Shown: piece by piece, positions 48,969 through 59,709 of the stretch
Position numbering within the stretch: position 1 is the first letter of the stretch
How the letters are laid out: each line of letters starts with the position of its first letter
Assembly: GCA_964035575.1 (NCBI GenBank)
Contig: OZ037841.1
Coordinates: 1,550,001 to 1,614,000, forward strand
Length of the DNA: 64,000 nt
From: Rhynchopus sp. YZ270_cl-10
Taxonomy: Eukaryota
Direction: 5' to 3'
The notes under the pieces: model-generated
Seen by the model: only the letters and a program-made list of their open reading frames with translations
What the model was told of the DNA's origin: nothing
Database searches by the model: none
Position numbers and translations under genes: made by a program

Positions 48969-50103
48969 AGATAATATAACATTTGTCAAAAAAACAAAAT
49001 TTTGCAAAGGGTTTCTGCATAATATATATTATCTTTTTTGTTGAAATGGAACAAAAGTACAAAAAGTTCTATCTGTGCGAAAACTAAAATTTCAAAAAGG
49101 GTGTTCATATCCCATTAGGCTCGTATGATGAAGGAGTGGGAAAATCACCCCACCCTACCCCTCCACCCCAGAATCGCTTAGATTGCGATCCTGCTTTTGT
49201 AATATGGGCAAGAAGTGTTGCATTTGTTTGTACTTTTAACTTCTCTTTTGTTTCAAAAAAATAGACTCGGTGATTCTGTGAAAAAAAATTCTGCTGTACA
49301 AAAGGCGGCCAGCATTTAATAAAAATGTGGACAGAGCTTCATCAGCTACAACGCTGTCTGGTTCTGTTTGCATATAAGAAGCGAACCATATATTGGCATT
49401 TTCCCGGAAGTGTTGCCCTAAATTCTTCTCCATTGTTCAACTCCCTCCCCATACAGCTTTATAGACGTTAGTTGATGCAGGGCACCTCAGAGGGAAGAGA
49501 CGCTCCCCTTTCACAGCAAACACAAAGTGTTGTCGCCACAAAAAAACGCTTTTTGGTTTTTGGTATTGGAAGGTGACGCCCAAGTGGACGTCCTTTCGTT
49601 GTTTCCCCCACACACCCCGGCGTATTGTCTCTGCCCACGTCCCCTGTAGAATTGCCTTTAATTATGCTAGATTCCTCGTTTTTTGTTTTCGTTAGACGGC
49701 AAGCGAGAGAAAAATGCCATGAGAATAATAAGTACCCTTCCCTTCCCTTGTATTGTTCCCCCCCCCCCGAATGTCATTGCACACGGTTTTCTCCCTCCAC
49801 CCTTAGCATGAGCACGACTGAGCTGCGTGAAGTCCGTTGCAACTACTCTTTCTCGATATGCTGTGATGACGTGCACTCTATTTTGCACCCTATTATACCT
49901 TCTATTCAGTAGAATAGTTGGTATATGAAACAATTTTTTTTTGTTGTCCTTTTCACCCACTTGGCCACCTCTCTCCAACCCCTCCCCACCCCCAAAAGGG
50001 TACACTTAGAGCCACTTCCTTTCTTTCCTTTACTTCCACACAAGCAATCATATCACCTTATCGCATCATACCTCCCTCTCCCCCTCCCCCTCCCTCCCCA
50101 ACA

Positions 50104-51054
50104 ATGCAGCCCAGCTCTGTTCGCACAGGAAGTGTTCAGCGTTTTAGCCTACCAGAGGATGTAACGTTGCATTGTGAAGACTTTGTGTTTGAAGAGCATG
50201 CGGCGGAGGTGTTGGCACATGGGGCTGCGGGTACCTCCACCACTCCCACTACTACCACACACAACACAACACACATCACCCGATGCGCCTGGGAGGAGCA
50301 CTACACCACCCACAGCAGCAAGTTCTACCCCATAAAGAACTATCTCCTACGCGCCTTCCCAACCCTCTGCGACGCCGTCTCCGCCCGCACCACCCCCCTC
50401 CTCCTTCTAGAATGCGGTTGCGGCACCGGAAGCGCCCTGCTCCCCATCCTCCACCACTCGGCCCGCCTCCCTCCTGCACAGCACCACCGCTACTACGGAT
50501 TCGACATCTCCCCCACTGCGGTCCGCGAAATGCAAAACCACGAAGTGTTTATTTCCGCAAAACAACACTCCGAAGTAGGTGCCTTTGTATGGGACTTTGC
50601 GACAGAGGAGGTTCCGGAGGAGATGCGTGAATTATCGAATAAAGTAACTCACGTGGTATTGACCTTTGTGTTGTCTGCTTTGCATCCAAAGAATATGGTG
50701 AAAGCGTTGGAGCGAGTAGTAGGGCTGCTTGCACCTGGTGGTGTGGTGTGCTTCAGGGATTATGGTGTATACGATCATTCGCATTTACGGTTTGTGTCAG
50801 GGAAGGAAGGGCAGGGAGGTGTTGTGCTGCCGGATGTTGCTGTGACCGCGCCGCTTGCAGAGGAACGGTCCTGTGTACGTGGTGATGCCACGCTGTCGTA
50901 CTTCTTCTGCACAGCGGACATCGCATTTCTTGCTGAGACGCTTGGCCTGGAGGTCCTCAACTTAGACTACCACTGTGCGGAGACTACAAACCGCAAGACC
51001 AAAGTCACCATCAGAAAGGTCTTTGTCAACGCCGTTATGCAAAAGCCTATGTGA
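50104..51054 (+). CDS. METTL6: tRNA N3-methylcytidine methyltransferase, METTL2/6/8 (Trm140) family
   Basis: 'WEEHY..KFYPIKNYLLRAFP', SAM motif 'LLECGCGTG', 'FVLSALHP', 'FRDYGVYD', 'RGDATLSYFF', 'NRK'. The exact paralogue is uncertain. Confidence 0.88.
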   Translation: MQPSSVRTGSVQRFSLPEDVTLHCEDFVFEEHAAEVLAHGAAGTSTTPTTTTHNTTHITRCAWEEHYTTHSSKFYPIKNYLLRAFPTLCDAVSARTTPLLLLECGCGTGSALLPILHHSARLPPAQHHRYYGFDISPTAVREMQNHEVFISAKQHSEVGAFVWDFATEEVPEEMRELSNKVTHVVLTFVLSALHPKNMVKALERVVGLLAPGGVVCFRDYGVYDHSHLRFVSGKEGQGGVVLPDVAVTAPLAEERSCVRGDATLSYFFCTADIAFLAETLGLEVLNLDYHCAETTNRKTKVTIRKVFVNAVMQKPM

Positions 51055-51483
51055 GAAGAGGGTGTTCGGAGGGAACATGGCAAAACTCTGGCCAGAGTGA
51101 GAGGAGGTGGAAAAAACCTCATGGGTTTTTGGGTTCGTGTGGTAATAAAAGGTCCCTTTTGGGTTCCTCGATTAGTGCAAAGGAAAGAATCTCTGCCCGA
51201 GTGAAGATGTGCCACAATTCTGGCCAAAACAAGAACAAAAAAAGATGACATTTTAATTTTGAGGCCCATTTTTTTCCGTTGATGGCGTATTCATTCATTG
51301 TAGAGTGGTGACACATTTGCTTTCCAATGTCTGATACAGACAGTCTTGTTATGACGCATCGTTAGTCCCTTCAGCTCGTTTGAGTGCACCGTGCTGTGGT
51401 CTCTATCGGCACAGCTTGGATGAACAGAGTGCGAGGAGCGTCCCCATTCATCACAACACCACACCACACAGAGAGACACAACA

Positions 51484-52641
51484 ATGCAGCTGTATGTGCT
51501 GTACCGTGGGGAACAACACCCTTTCGAAGTCGATGAGAGTATGGGAGAAGACCCAATAGAATACGTGTGTAGTCAGGTGGCGGCTGCAGTGGGGATCGAA
51601 GCAGATACCTTCACATTGCTGTTCGATGGGGAACCTCTGCGCGACCGAGACGATATCATGCAACTGAGCGAGGACAACACGATCGAGATGACTCTGCGGG
51701 AGAGTCAATGCCCGACAATGGATCTCTCTTGGTCCAACGCCCTCAGCAACAGAGGGGATGGCTTCCTCGCGCACCACACTTGGTTGACCTCAATCACTCT
51801 TCCTCAAGAAAGCGACGTCGAGGATATAGGCAACGACTTCCTGTGGGGGTGCAGTGGGTTGACTACAATGGATCTTTCTGGTCTCAGCTCTGTCACCAAA
51901 ATAGGGCATGGCTTCCTCGTGGGGTGCACCTCATTGAGAACGATCACACTACCTCAAGGGAGAGCTGTCAGGGAGATAGGCGACAGCTTCCTGGAGGGGT
52001 GCAGTGGGTTGACTGCAATCAATCTTTCTAGTTTCAGCTCTGTCACGGAGATTGGCAACTCCTTCCTGTGGGGGTGCCATGGGTTGAGGACTATCGATCT
52101 CTCTGGTCTCAGCGCTGTCACGGAGATAGGCGACTACTTCCTGTCGGCGTGTTTTGAGTTGACGACAATCGATCTCACTGGTCTCAGCTCTGTCAGGAAC
52201 ATTGGCAACTACTTCCTCGCGGACTGCATCTATTCGACAACGATCACACTGCCTCGAGGGAGCGCTATCACGGATATACAGGACGACTTCCTGAAGGGGT
52301 GCTGGTGCTTGACGGAAATAGATCTCTCTAGTCTCAGCTCTGTCAGGAGCATAGGGGATCGCTTCCTCTCAGACTGCGACTCATTGACAACGATCACACT
52401 GCCTGAAGAGAGCGCTGTCACGGAGATAGGCAACGACTTCCTGAAGGGGTGCAGTGGGTTGACGACAATCGATCTCTCTGGCCTCAGCTCTGTCAGGAAC
52501 ATAGGGGATGGCTTCCTCTCGAACTGCACGCTGCCATCGAACGAAAGGAAAATAACAGTGAAGCTCACCGGCAGCAGCGACGTGGTGTCTGCGCGAGTGC
52601 TGTCGGGATTGGACGGAACGGACGTTGTGAGCTGGCCCTAA
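51484..52641 (+). CDS. Ubiquitin-like domain plus BspA-type leucine-rich repeat protein
   Basis: N-terminal UBL-like 'MQLYVLYRGEQHPFEV...LLFDGEPL', followed by ~25-aa repeats 'LTTIDLSGLSSVxxIGxxFLxxC'. Confidence 0.88.
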   Translation: MQLYVLYRGEQHPFEVDESMGEDPIEYVCSQVAAAVGIEADTFTLLFDGEPLRDRDDIMQLSEDNTIEMTLRESQCPTMDLSWSNALSNRGDGFLAHHTWLTSITLPQESDVEDIGNDFLWGCSGLTTMDLSGLSSVTKIGHGFLVGCTSLRTITLPQGRAVREIGDSFLEGCSGLTAINLSSFSSVTEIGNSFLWGCHGLRTIDLSGLSAVTEIGDYFLSACFELTTIDLTGLSSVRNIGNYFLADCIYSTTITLPRGSAITDIQDDFLKGCWCLTEIDLSSLSSVRSIGDRFLSDCDSLTTITLPEESAVTEIGNDFLKGCSGLTTIDLSGLSSVRNIGDGFLSNCTLPSNERKITVKLTGSSDVVSARVLSGLDGTDVVSWP

Positions 52642-52900
52642 TTCCCAATAAAGACACGATCGGCAACAAAATGAGGCTGCAGTTGGGTTGTGAGTTGCTT
52701 CAGCAGGTACAGCTGTGTGATGTTGTTGTGTCTCTGATATTGAACGGGCAGGGGAAGGGAAGGGAAAGGAAGGGTGACATAGGGTGTTGGGTGGGTCATG
52801 TGTCGATACAACACGAAAAAACCAACACTGTGTCCTGAGTTTTTGTCCGCAGGAGCGGTAGAGAATTTTTTACTTTACTAAATAAATCGAGCAAAATATA

Positions 52901-53003
52901 CAGTCATCCAACAAAGGTTGGTGGGTAAAAACGTTGGTGGATTTGGGGGATCGAAAAAATTTGGTGGGTTTTTACCCCACCAACCTTTGTTGTTGGATGA
53001 CTG
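52901..53003. mobile_element. Tc1/mariner-type MITE
   Basis: TA|CAGTCATCCAACAAAGGTTGGTGGGTAAAA ... TTTTACCCCACCAACCTTTGTTGTTGGATGACTG|TA, with TA on both flanks and CAGT..ACTG ends. Confidence 0.88.
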
Positions 53004-53170
53004 TATTTGTGAACTCAGCGATGCCGGTTGTTCGTGTTTTCTTTTGGGATTCGTTAAGGATTTGCACGGGAAAACCACCCTTACGTAGTGTCTCTTCTCT
53101 CTCTATGGGTTTAGGGTTTTAGTCGCTCAACAAATCTGATCGATTTTTCTTGCGTGTAGATGGTTAGTAC

Positions 53171-53341
53171 CAGGGTTTCCGCCAGGGCTAAAAATCAAAA
53201 AAAAAAAAAACTTAGCGCAATCCTGGGATTTTGAAAAAAACCCCGGAAAAAACGTGGGCCACTTAGCCCACCAAAAATGGGCTAACTTTGGGTGGGTTTT
53301 AGCCCAATTTGGGCTGAGTACCCCAACTCGAAACCCAAAGT
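53171..53341. mobile_element. Truncated end of a hAT-like element
   Basis: Starts CAGGGTTTCCGCCAGG, the exact reverse complement of the right TIR at 35051-35066. No second end was seen. Confidence 0.65.
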
Positions 53342-53622
53342 CACAGCGGACATCGCATTTCTTGCTGAGACGCTTGGCCTGGAGGTCCTCAACTTAGACT
53401 ACCACTGTGCAGAGACTACAAACCGCAAGACCAAAGTCACCATCAGAAAGGTCTTTGTCAACGCCGTTCTGCAAAAGCCTATGTGAGAAGAGGGTGTTCG
53501 GAGGGAACATGGCAAAACTCTGGCCAGAGTGAGAGGAGGTGGAAAAACCCTGGGTTCCTCGATTAGTGCAAAGGAAATGGTCTCTGCCCGAGTGAAGATG
53601 CGCCACAATTTTGGCCAAAAAC
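53342..53622 (+). pseudogene. Duplicated 3' fragment of the METTL6-like gene plus its 3' flank
   Basis: Near-identical to 50910-51232 (TADIAFLAETLG...QKPM*), with a few substitutions and a ~40-bp indel downstream of the stop. Confidence 0.93.
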
Positions 53623-53822
53623 AAAAAAGCAATAGTACATTCTTAAAGACCACCAAAACAAAAAGAGCACAAAGCAAAAACAACAACTTTCATTCAAACC
53701 CGAGTAACAACATACTTGTTCAAGTTAAAACCACGTTTCATTTTTCACTTCAGAACATAACCACCCTCTCCACAACCTGTACCCCACGCACCCTTCCCAG
53801 ATTCAACACGCAAACCACAACA

Positions 53823-56657
53823 ATGCGTGCCTTCCTTTGCACTCTTGCATTTGCCGCTGTGCACTGTGCAACGCATGATTGCGGGGCGTTCATTTTACAC
53901 ACGACCGGTTCCGTATGCCCAAGCGGACACGAACTTGCGAGTCGCGACTACGTCGATGGGTGCATTCTTGACATTTGCAACGCGGTTGATGCGTATAATA
54001 CGTGGTCCTTTGTCAAGTTGGCAGAACTGGAGCAAGCAATTACTGGCAGAGGGTACAGTCCAACTTGTGGACCTCAGCAACGACTTGATCCTAATTTTGG
54101 GGCTGCACTGTGCACACCCTTGCCTACACCTTCTCCACCTACGCCAGCACCACCGACTCCTGCGCCCCCAACACCGTCACCGCCAACTCCATCGCCACCC
54201 ACACCATCACCACCTACGCCAGCGCCACCGACTCCTGCACCCCCAACACCGTCGCCACCGACACCAGCGCCTGCAACACCGTCACCGCCAACTCCATCGC
54301 CACCCACACCTTCTCCACCTACGCCAGCGCCACCGACTCCTGCACCCCCAACACCGTCGCCACCGACACCAGCGCCTGCAACACCGTCACCGCCAACTCC
54401 ATCGCCACCCACACCTTCTCCACCTACGCCAGCACCACCGACTCCTGCGCCCCCAACACCGTCACCGCCAACTCCATCGCCACCCACACCATCACCACCT
54501 ACGCCAGCGCCACCGACTCCTGCACCCCCAACACCGTCGCCACCGACACCAGCGCCTGCAACACCGTCACCGCCAACTCCATCGCCACCCACACCTTCTC
54601 CACCTACGCCAGCGCCACCGACTCCTGCACCCCCAACACCGTCACCACCGACACCAGCGCCTGCAACACTTTCACCGCCCACACCTTCTCCACCCACACC
54701 ATCACCACCTACGCCAGCACCACCGACTCCTGCTCCCCCAACACCGTCACCGCCTACACCTGCGCCACAAACCCCTGCACCTGTAACACCCTCTCCCCGA
54801 ACCCCATCACCACCGACACCTTCTCCACCTACTCCTTCACCAGCCACACCTGCACCACTAACTCCGTCGCCACCCACTCCATCTCCACCAACACCTTCGC
54901 CGCGGACTCCCGCACCCCCGACACCATCACCAGTCACCCCTGCACCTGCAACGCCTTCGCCACCGTCGGCAGTACCAACAGCTGTGCCCACCGCAGTGCC
55001 AACTGCCATGCCAACTGCAGTGCCAACAGCTGAACCTACTGCGCTACCGACTGCTTTGCCAACAGCTGAACCCACAGCAATCCCAACTGCAGCACCTACA
55101 GCTGTGCCAACAGCAACTCCAACAACACCGGCACCACCAACATCAGCACCTCACACTGCCACACCACCGACAGTGCCACCTGCAACACCAGCACCAACAG
55201 AGACAACACCAGCACCGCTGCTGCGAGACACACCGACAAGCGGTATCAAAGCGTCTGTGAAGGAAGACCTGAAGAAGGCGAACACGGCTGCTGGTGCTGC
55301 TGCAGTTCTGGGTGGTGGTGCAGGGAATGTAGGGAAGTTGGCTGTGCTGAACAGCTTTGGCTGTCAAATGGACGACGTGGATGTGGGTGACGAGCCACTG
55401 GACTGGGAGTTCCACCCGACAACGATGTCACTTGGGAGTGCAGTTGGGCGGTACAAGCTTGCGGCGATGGTGATGAACCCTGTGGTTGTGGTGTGTATTG
55501 GGCTGCTGGTGCTGTGTGCAGCTGCAGTTATGCAAGCAACACAGGGGTACGGACGTGAGAAGGCCATCAGTGTGACACGGTTTCCTGGGATACTGTACAT
55601 CCCATACCTGTTCTTGCTGCAGGGGACAAGCCTTGTGGCGGCACAGGTTGTGTTTGACCCTTCACGCTACCCAACAATGGTTGCAGTGCTTTCGTACGTG
55701 ACACTGGCACTGTGTCTGCTGTCGCCTGTGCTGCTGTACACCAATGTGCTGCGCCATGTGAAGAGAGAGGCGGAGCTCTTTCCAGACCCTGCGATTGTGG
55801 GGAACCCAGCGACAGGCGAGCCTGGGAAGCGTGCGAACAGTGCTGTGTACAAGTTTGCGTTTGGGACAGACATCTGGGTGTCACGACAGAGCTACTTTGC
55901 AGAGAAGTACGGGAACTGCTTTGAGAGCGTGAAGCCGACGTGTCTGTGGTACATCCTGTGTGAGCTTGCGGTGATTCTGTGTCTGTCGCTGTTGTCTGGA
56001 TGGAAGCCTTCCTCTGTTACGTCTTGCAACATACGTAACATCTTCATCACGATTCTGCTGGTGCTGTTCTTTGTTGCAACAGTTGTCAAACGTCCGTTCT
56101 TGTCTGCGATGGACAACTTGATTGCTGTTGTGCTGAGCCTATTGCTTGCGTCTGCAGTGTTGGGGGTGACGATAGCTATTGCGGCAGAGTCATCTAAGGA
56201 CAGTGCACTGTACGCAATCAGCAGTGTGTGTCTCTTGGTCTCTGCACTGATGGTGATGGTTAAGTGTTTGTGGGACTTTGGGATCTACGTCATGGATTTG
56301 CTGATCTCACGTCGCAGTGGTGCACGTGAACAGGCGAGGTCTCAGGACACAGTGCTGAAGAATGATTTTGAGCTGGAGCTCGCACTGAGCCCTCAGAATT
56401 CGGACCCTCTTTCGGATTTGCCATATTCTGCTCAGACATGTGTCCAGCCTTCGTCTGCTCTGATGGAGCACGCCGAGGCGTCTTACACGCCATCGTTTCC
56501 TGAGGCCTCACAGAAGCAACACGACGTAGTCATCTCGAAGAGTTCTACGCTGAACTCCTCCAGGCGTGATGTGCTGCCTTTGTCTGTTGCTGAACGTTCC
56601 TCAGCGCTCTTCCCCGTAGACGACTCTTCTCGATGGAACACGTCTATGCGAGTGTAG
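53823..56657 (+). CDS. Cell-surface protein: signal peptide, small Cys-rich domain, ([10 protein letters not shown])n stalk and multi-pass (~7 TM) membrane domain
   Basis: '[16 protein letters not shown]' signal peptide, pentapeptide repeats at ~54119-54965, PTAV/PTAL repeats, then a TM region with '[11 protein letters not shown]...WYILCE' and 'KRPF'. Confidence 0.88.
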   Translation: MRAFLCTLAFAAVHCATHDCGAFILHTTGSVCPSGHELASRDYVDGCILDICNAVDAYNTWSFVKLAELEQAITGRGYSPTCGPQQRLDPNFGAALCTPLPTPSPPTPAPPTPAPPTPSPPTPSPPTPSPPTPAPPTPAPPTPSPPTPAPATPSPPTPSPPTPSPPTPAPPTPAPPTPSPPTPAPATPSPPTPSPPTPSPPTPAPPTPAPPTPSPPTPSPPTPSPPTPAPPTPAPPTPSPPTPAPATPSPPTPSPPTPSPPTPAPPTPAPPTPSPPTPAPATLSPPTPSPPTPSPPTPAPPTPAPPTPSPPTPAPQTPAPVTPSPRTPSPPTPSPPTPSPATPAPLTPSPPTPSPPTPSPRTPAPPTPSPVTPAPATPSPPSAVPTAVPTAVPTAMPTAVPTAEPTALPTALPTAEPTAIPTAAPTAVPTATPTTPAPPTSAPHTATPPTVPPATPAPTETTPAPLLRDTPTSGIKASVKEDLKKANTAAGAAAVLGGGAGNVGKLAVLNSFGCQMDDVDVGDEPLDWEFHPTTMSLGSAVGRYKLAAMVMNPVVVVCIGLLVLCAAAVMQATQGYGREKAISVTRFPGILYIPYLFLLQGTSLVAAQVVFDPSRYPTMVAVLSYVTLALCLLSPVLLYTNVLRHVKREAELFPDPAIVGNPATGEPGKRANSAVYKFAFGTDIWVSRQSYFAEKYGNCFESVKPTCLWYILCELAVILCLSLLSGWKPSSVTSCNIRNIFITILLVLFFVATVVKRPFLSAMDNLIAVVLSLLLASAVLGVTIAIAAESSKDSALYAISSVCLLVSALMVMVKCLWDFGIYVMDLLISRRSGAREQARSQDTVLKNDFELELALSPQNSDPLSDLPYSAQTCVQPSSALMEHAEASYTPSFPEASQKQHDVVISKSSTLNSSRRDVLPLSVAERSSALFPVDDSSRWNTSMRV

Positions 56658-57617
56658 TTGTGGCAAATTTTTACGTGTCTCGCTTGCGAAAAGCATGTAC
56701 TGTTAAGTTAGCGGGAACAGCACATTCATTGTCTTTTTGTCTTTTTGTCTTTTTTTTTTTTTTTTAAATTACTCAGGCAGCATTCGTTAGTTACTGGGAA
56801 GATCAATCAGAGCAGCCCTTACAGGCGCGTTGCCGAAGTGCGCCCGACAGAGGTGTGAGTGAGAGTCACACTTGGTGTGGGGTTTTGGTTAATATTCTCA
56901 TCATTGGAAAGAGCCTCAGGGAAGTGTCCTGGCGGCGGTGGTGTCTGTACTTTCCCCTTGCCTACTAGACGAGTAATAGGCCGGCACCTAGGTGTAGCCA
57001 TCCCAGCACTTTTTACCTCGGGCCAAGACCTTCACAGTCTTTTTTTGTTCCGAGTTTGTTTGTTTTTATATTGCCGTGCACTGCTTGTTTATACAACATC
57101 TTCAAACCAACAAAACCAATCCCCCTGGACTCAATCACAAAGGCGTCGGGCTGCCATTTGTTCCAAGTGGCACTCCATGTCGTTGTGCAAATGCTTTCAA
57201 AAAAGAGAAAGTAAATCATCTCATTTATTTCTGATCTCATTTTCTATCCAGAGCCTTTGGCGTTATGCGCTGGAGACAGTTGGCCATTAGTATATTTTCC
57301 TTAAGCAGTGTACACGTTTCCCTTCCACACCCACACCCCACCCCTGTCCTGTTCCAGCTTCTGCTCCTTGGCAGTGCTGGATCATTCTGATCGTTGTCCA
57401 GTGAGCAGTGTGGCCTCTGTTTGTGCCTGTTCTGCGTGATTCTTTTTTAGAGGCACGGTCATGTTTCAAGGATTTTTTTTATGTGACGCGTTGTGAAAAC
57501 GTTTTATGTTCGTAACTGGCTAAAAAGCGAGTGAAATTATATTGGCGTTATTTCACAAATTGTATTAGGGCGACCGGGAGAATGTCCTGGGATTTTAGGG
57601 TTTATTTTTGTGAAATG

Positions 57618-57699
57618 CCGAGGTCGGGTGAGTCCCCCAAAAATTTTGTTTGGAAACAGTTTCCAAACAAAATTTTTTAGGGGACTCACCCGTCCTCGG
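57618..57699. repeat. Near-perfect 82-bp palindrome
   Basis: CCGAGGTCGGGTGAGTCCCCCAAAAATTTTGTTTGGAAAC-A-GTTTCCAAACAAAATTTTTTAGGGGACTCACCCGTCCTCGG. Confidence 0.93.
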
Positions 57700-58215
57700 A
57701 AACCGCTAAAACCGGTGTTACCTCCCGACTCCCCTGGAAATGCAAGCTGGTGTCCGAGCGCATATCACATTTTTGCACGTCACGACACGCCATACATTGC
57801 ATCGCAAAATATGCAAAAAAGAACGAACTATCATTATTTCTCTTTGTTTTCTGTGTTCTGCGGCACTCTTTCTACTGCTAATAGAACGTTTTGCAAGAAA
57901 ATTATCGCATTTAGATGTGTGCACGAGTCACCTTCATCTTTCGATTATTTTGTTGTTACTAAGCTCGTAAATAGATCCCCCACCCCCACCACCTCTCTTT
58001 TTTTCCACATGTTCCTCTTATCTTAGTTGTAACTGTAGTCCCTATCTAAAAACATTCCTCCAATGGATATCACCGGCTGGCTTTTCCGGTGTGTCCACAC
58101 CGGCACAATAAAGTAGCCTGCTTTCAACTTCTCTGTTCTTTTTAAATTCCCGCACAACCACACAGATCTTCTCTCCCCACAGCTTCCCCCACTCTTCTTA
58201 CCCAACACCCTTCTC

Positions 58216-59280
58216 ATGGAAACCCTTTCCCCCAAGCGAGCGAAGCGCATCTCCTTTGTCTCTGAATGCACCGCACCAAGCACCCCTGTTGCTGCTGTGT
58301 TCTCTGGGGAGCTTTTGAAGGGACGGCGTCTGATTGCTGCACAGGATGTCGACGTCATTCTCGCGCAGCTGCACTCACGCGACAGCGACGACGAGGCCGC
58401 ACAACGACGTGCCGAGGGCGCACTCCTTGCCACCTCCACGACACCCACACCGTTCTCTGAGGACGAACTCCGCCCCCTAGCCTCGCACGCCGCCATACGC
58501 AACCTTGCGACGCTCATTCCTGACATCTACCCAGAACGCACAGAAACACCTCCACCCCACGAGGAAGAGTCTGCAGCACCAGACTTCTTCACGCCCACTG
58601 CAGTGGAAGACGTGTTTGCACAGCTTTCTGACCTCGGACGCGGTGTCGCCCTAGCCAAAGGGGGGCGGCCTGCAGGGAACAACACACCAGCCGCACCTCC
58701 TGCAGAGACAACAAAGCGACGAAGTGAAGTAGCCGAGACACGCACCTTCGCTGGCGTAGCCCTGCCGCTTCCCCCGCAAGACGTGGCAAGGCTGCATGAA
58801 CTGACTGGAGGGAACGAAGTCTCCGAGGAATACTATGAAAACGAAGAGCGTCTCGCATTCGAAGCATGGGAGAAGGACCGTGCGCAGAGGACGCAGTCGG
58901 TGCCGCTGCCGAATCGGCTGTTCTTGGATTCGGACATCCTAGCGTATCCGAACCTGCGTGATGCGGAGGGTGGCTGTGGTGTGCCGTGGTCCGATCCGCC
59001 CAAAGCAATGTCAGTCTCGGAGGGCGGGTTTGACTGGGCCTCGCGCCGTCTCGTGCAAGGTGCGCACGAAAGCACGGAACACTTCTCAGCAGAGGCGGAT
59101 AACTACTACAGCATGCACACACGACTGGCTGTGCTCGATGCGCGTGCAGAGCACCGCAAGATGGACCTCGAGAGGCGTGCCCGCCAGTGCCACTACAAAC
59201 ACAAGGCAGGGGACAACAGTGTGCCCTACCGTGCAACAGTCGGACGTCACGTCTTTGAGTATGAAGAGCTCGGGGTATGA
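58216..59280 (+). CDS. Hypothetical protein
   Basis: 354-aa ATG-initiated ORF with coding-like composition after a pyrimidine-rich leader. No motif recognised. Confidence 0.75.
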   Translation: METLSPKRAKRISFVSECTAPSTPVAAVFSGELLKGRRLIAAQDVDVILAQLHSRDSDDEAAQRRAEGALLATSTTPTPFSEDELRPLASHAAIRNLATLIPDIYPERTETPPPHEEESAAPDFFTPTAVEDVFAQLSDLGRGVALAKGGRPAGNNTPAAPPAETTKRRSEVAETRTFAGVALPLPPQDVARLHELTGGNEVSEEYYENEERLAFEAWEKDRAQRTQSVPLPNRLFLDSDILAYPNLRDAEGGCGVPWSDPPKAMSVSEGGFDWASRRLVQGAHESTEHFSAEADNYYSMHTRLAVLDARAEHRKMDLERRARQCHYKHKAGDNSVPYRATVGRHVFEYEELGV

Positions 59281-59709
59281 GAGGGAAGGTGTTTTGAAAC
59301 CAAGTTGTGGGGGTAATTCCTGTGCGGAATATTTCCTCGAGAAAGGGAGGGGGTGTGTTGTTGTGTTGCGCCGGGCGTGGCGAGCTTCGTTTTCTTGGAT
59401 GGTCTGCTGTCTTGTTGCAGAGGTGAACAGCGATGCGCAGACTGTCTTTGCAGCTACTAAGGGATTTTTGAGTTTAACGAAGGTTTTCCCCCCACCCGTG
59501 CTTGTTGGCCCCTTGAAGATGAGATGGGGGTGGGGAGGGGGCTGTTCGTTTGTGGTGTTCACACATCACTGTCGGATAAGGGGTAGGGCGGGATGCAAGA
59601 ATTAAATAAGTGCCACTTCACCCATTGCACCGAAATTTCAACACAAAACTTTTACACTTTTTATTTTTTTTCTATTTTCAATATTTCGATACCAACAGGA
59701 CACAAAAAA

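Noticed and set aside
53107..53120. Telomere-like GGGTTTAGGGTTTT
   Set aside because: Fewer than two full units; expected by chance.
54074..55075. Antisense and alternative-frame ORFs over the PTPAP repeat, and the many other minus-strand ORFs
   Set aside because: Shadows of GC-rich or repetitive + strand coding sequence; none has recognisable motifs.
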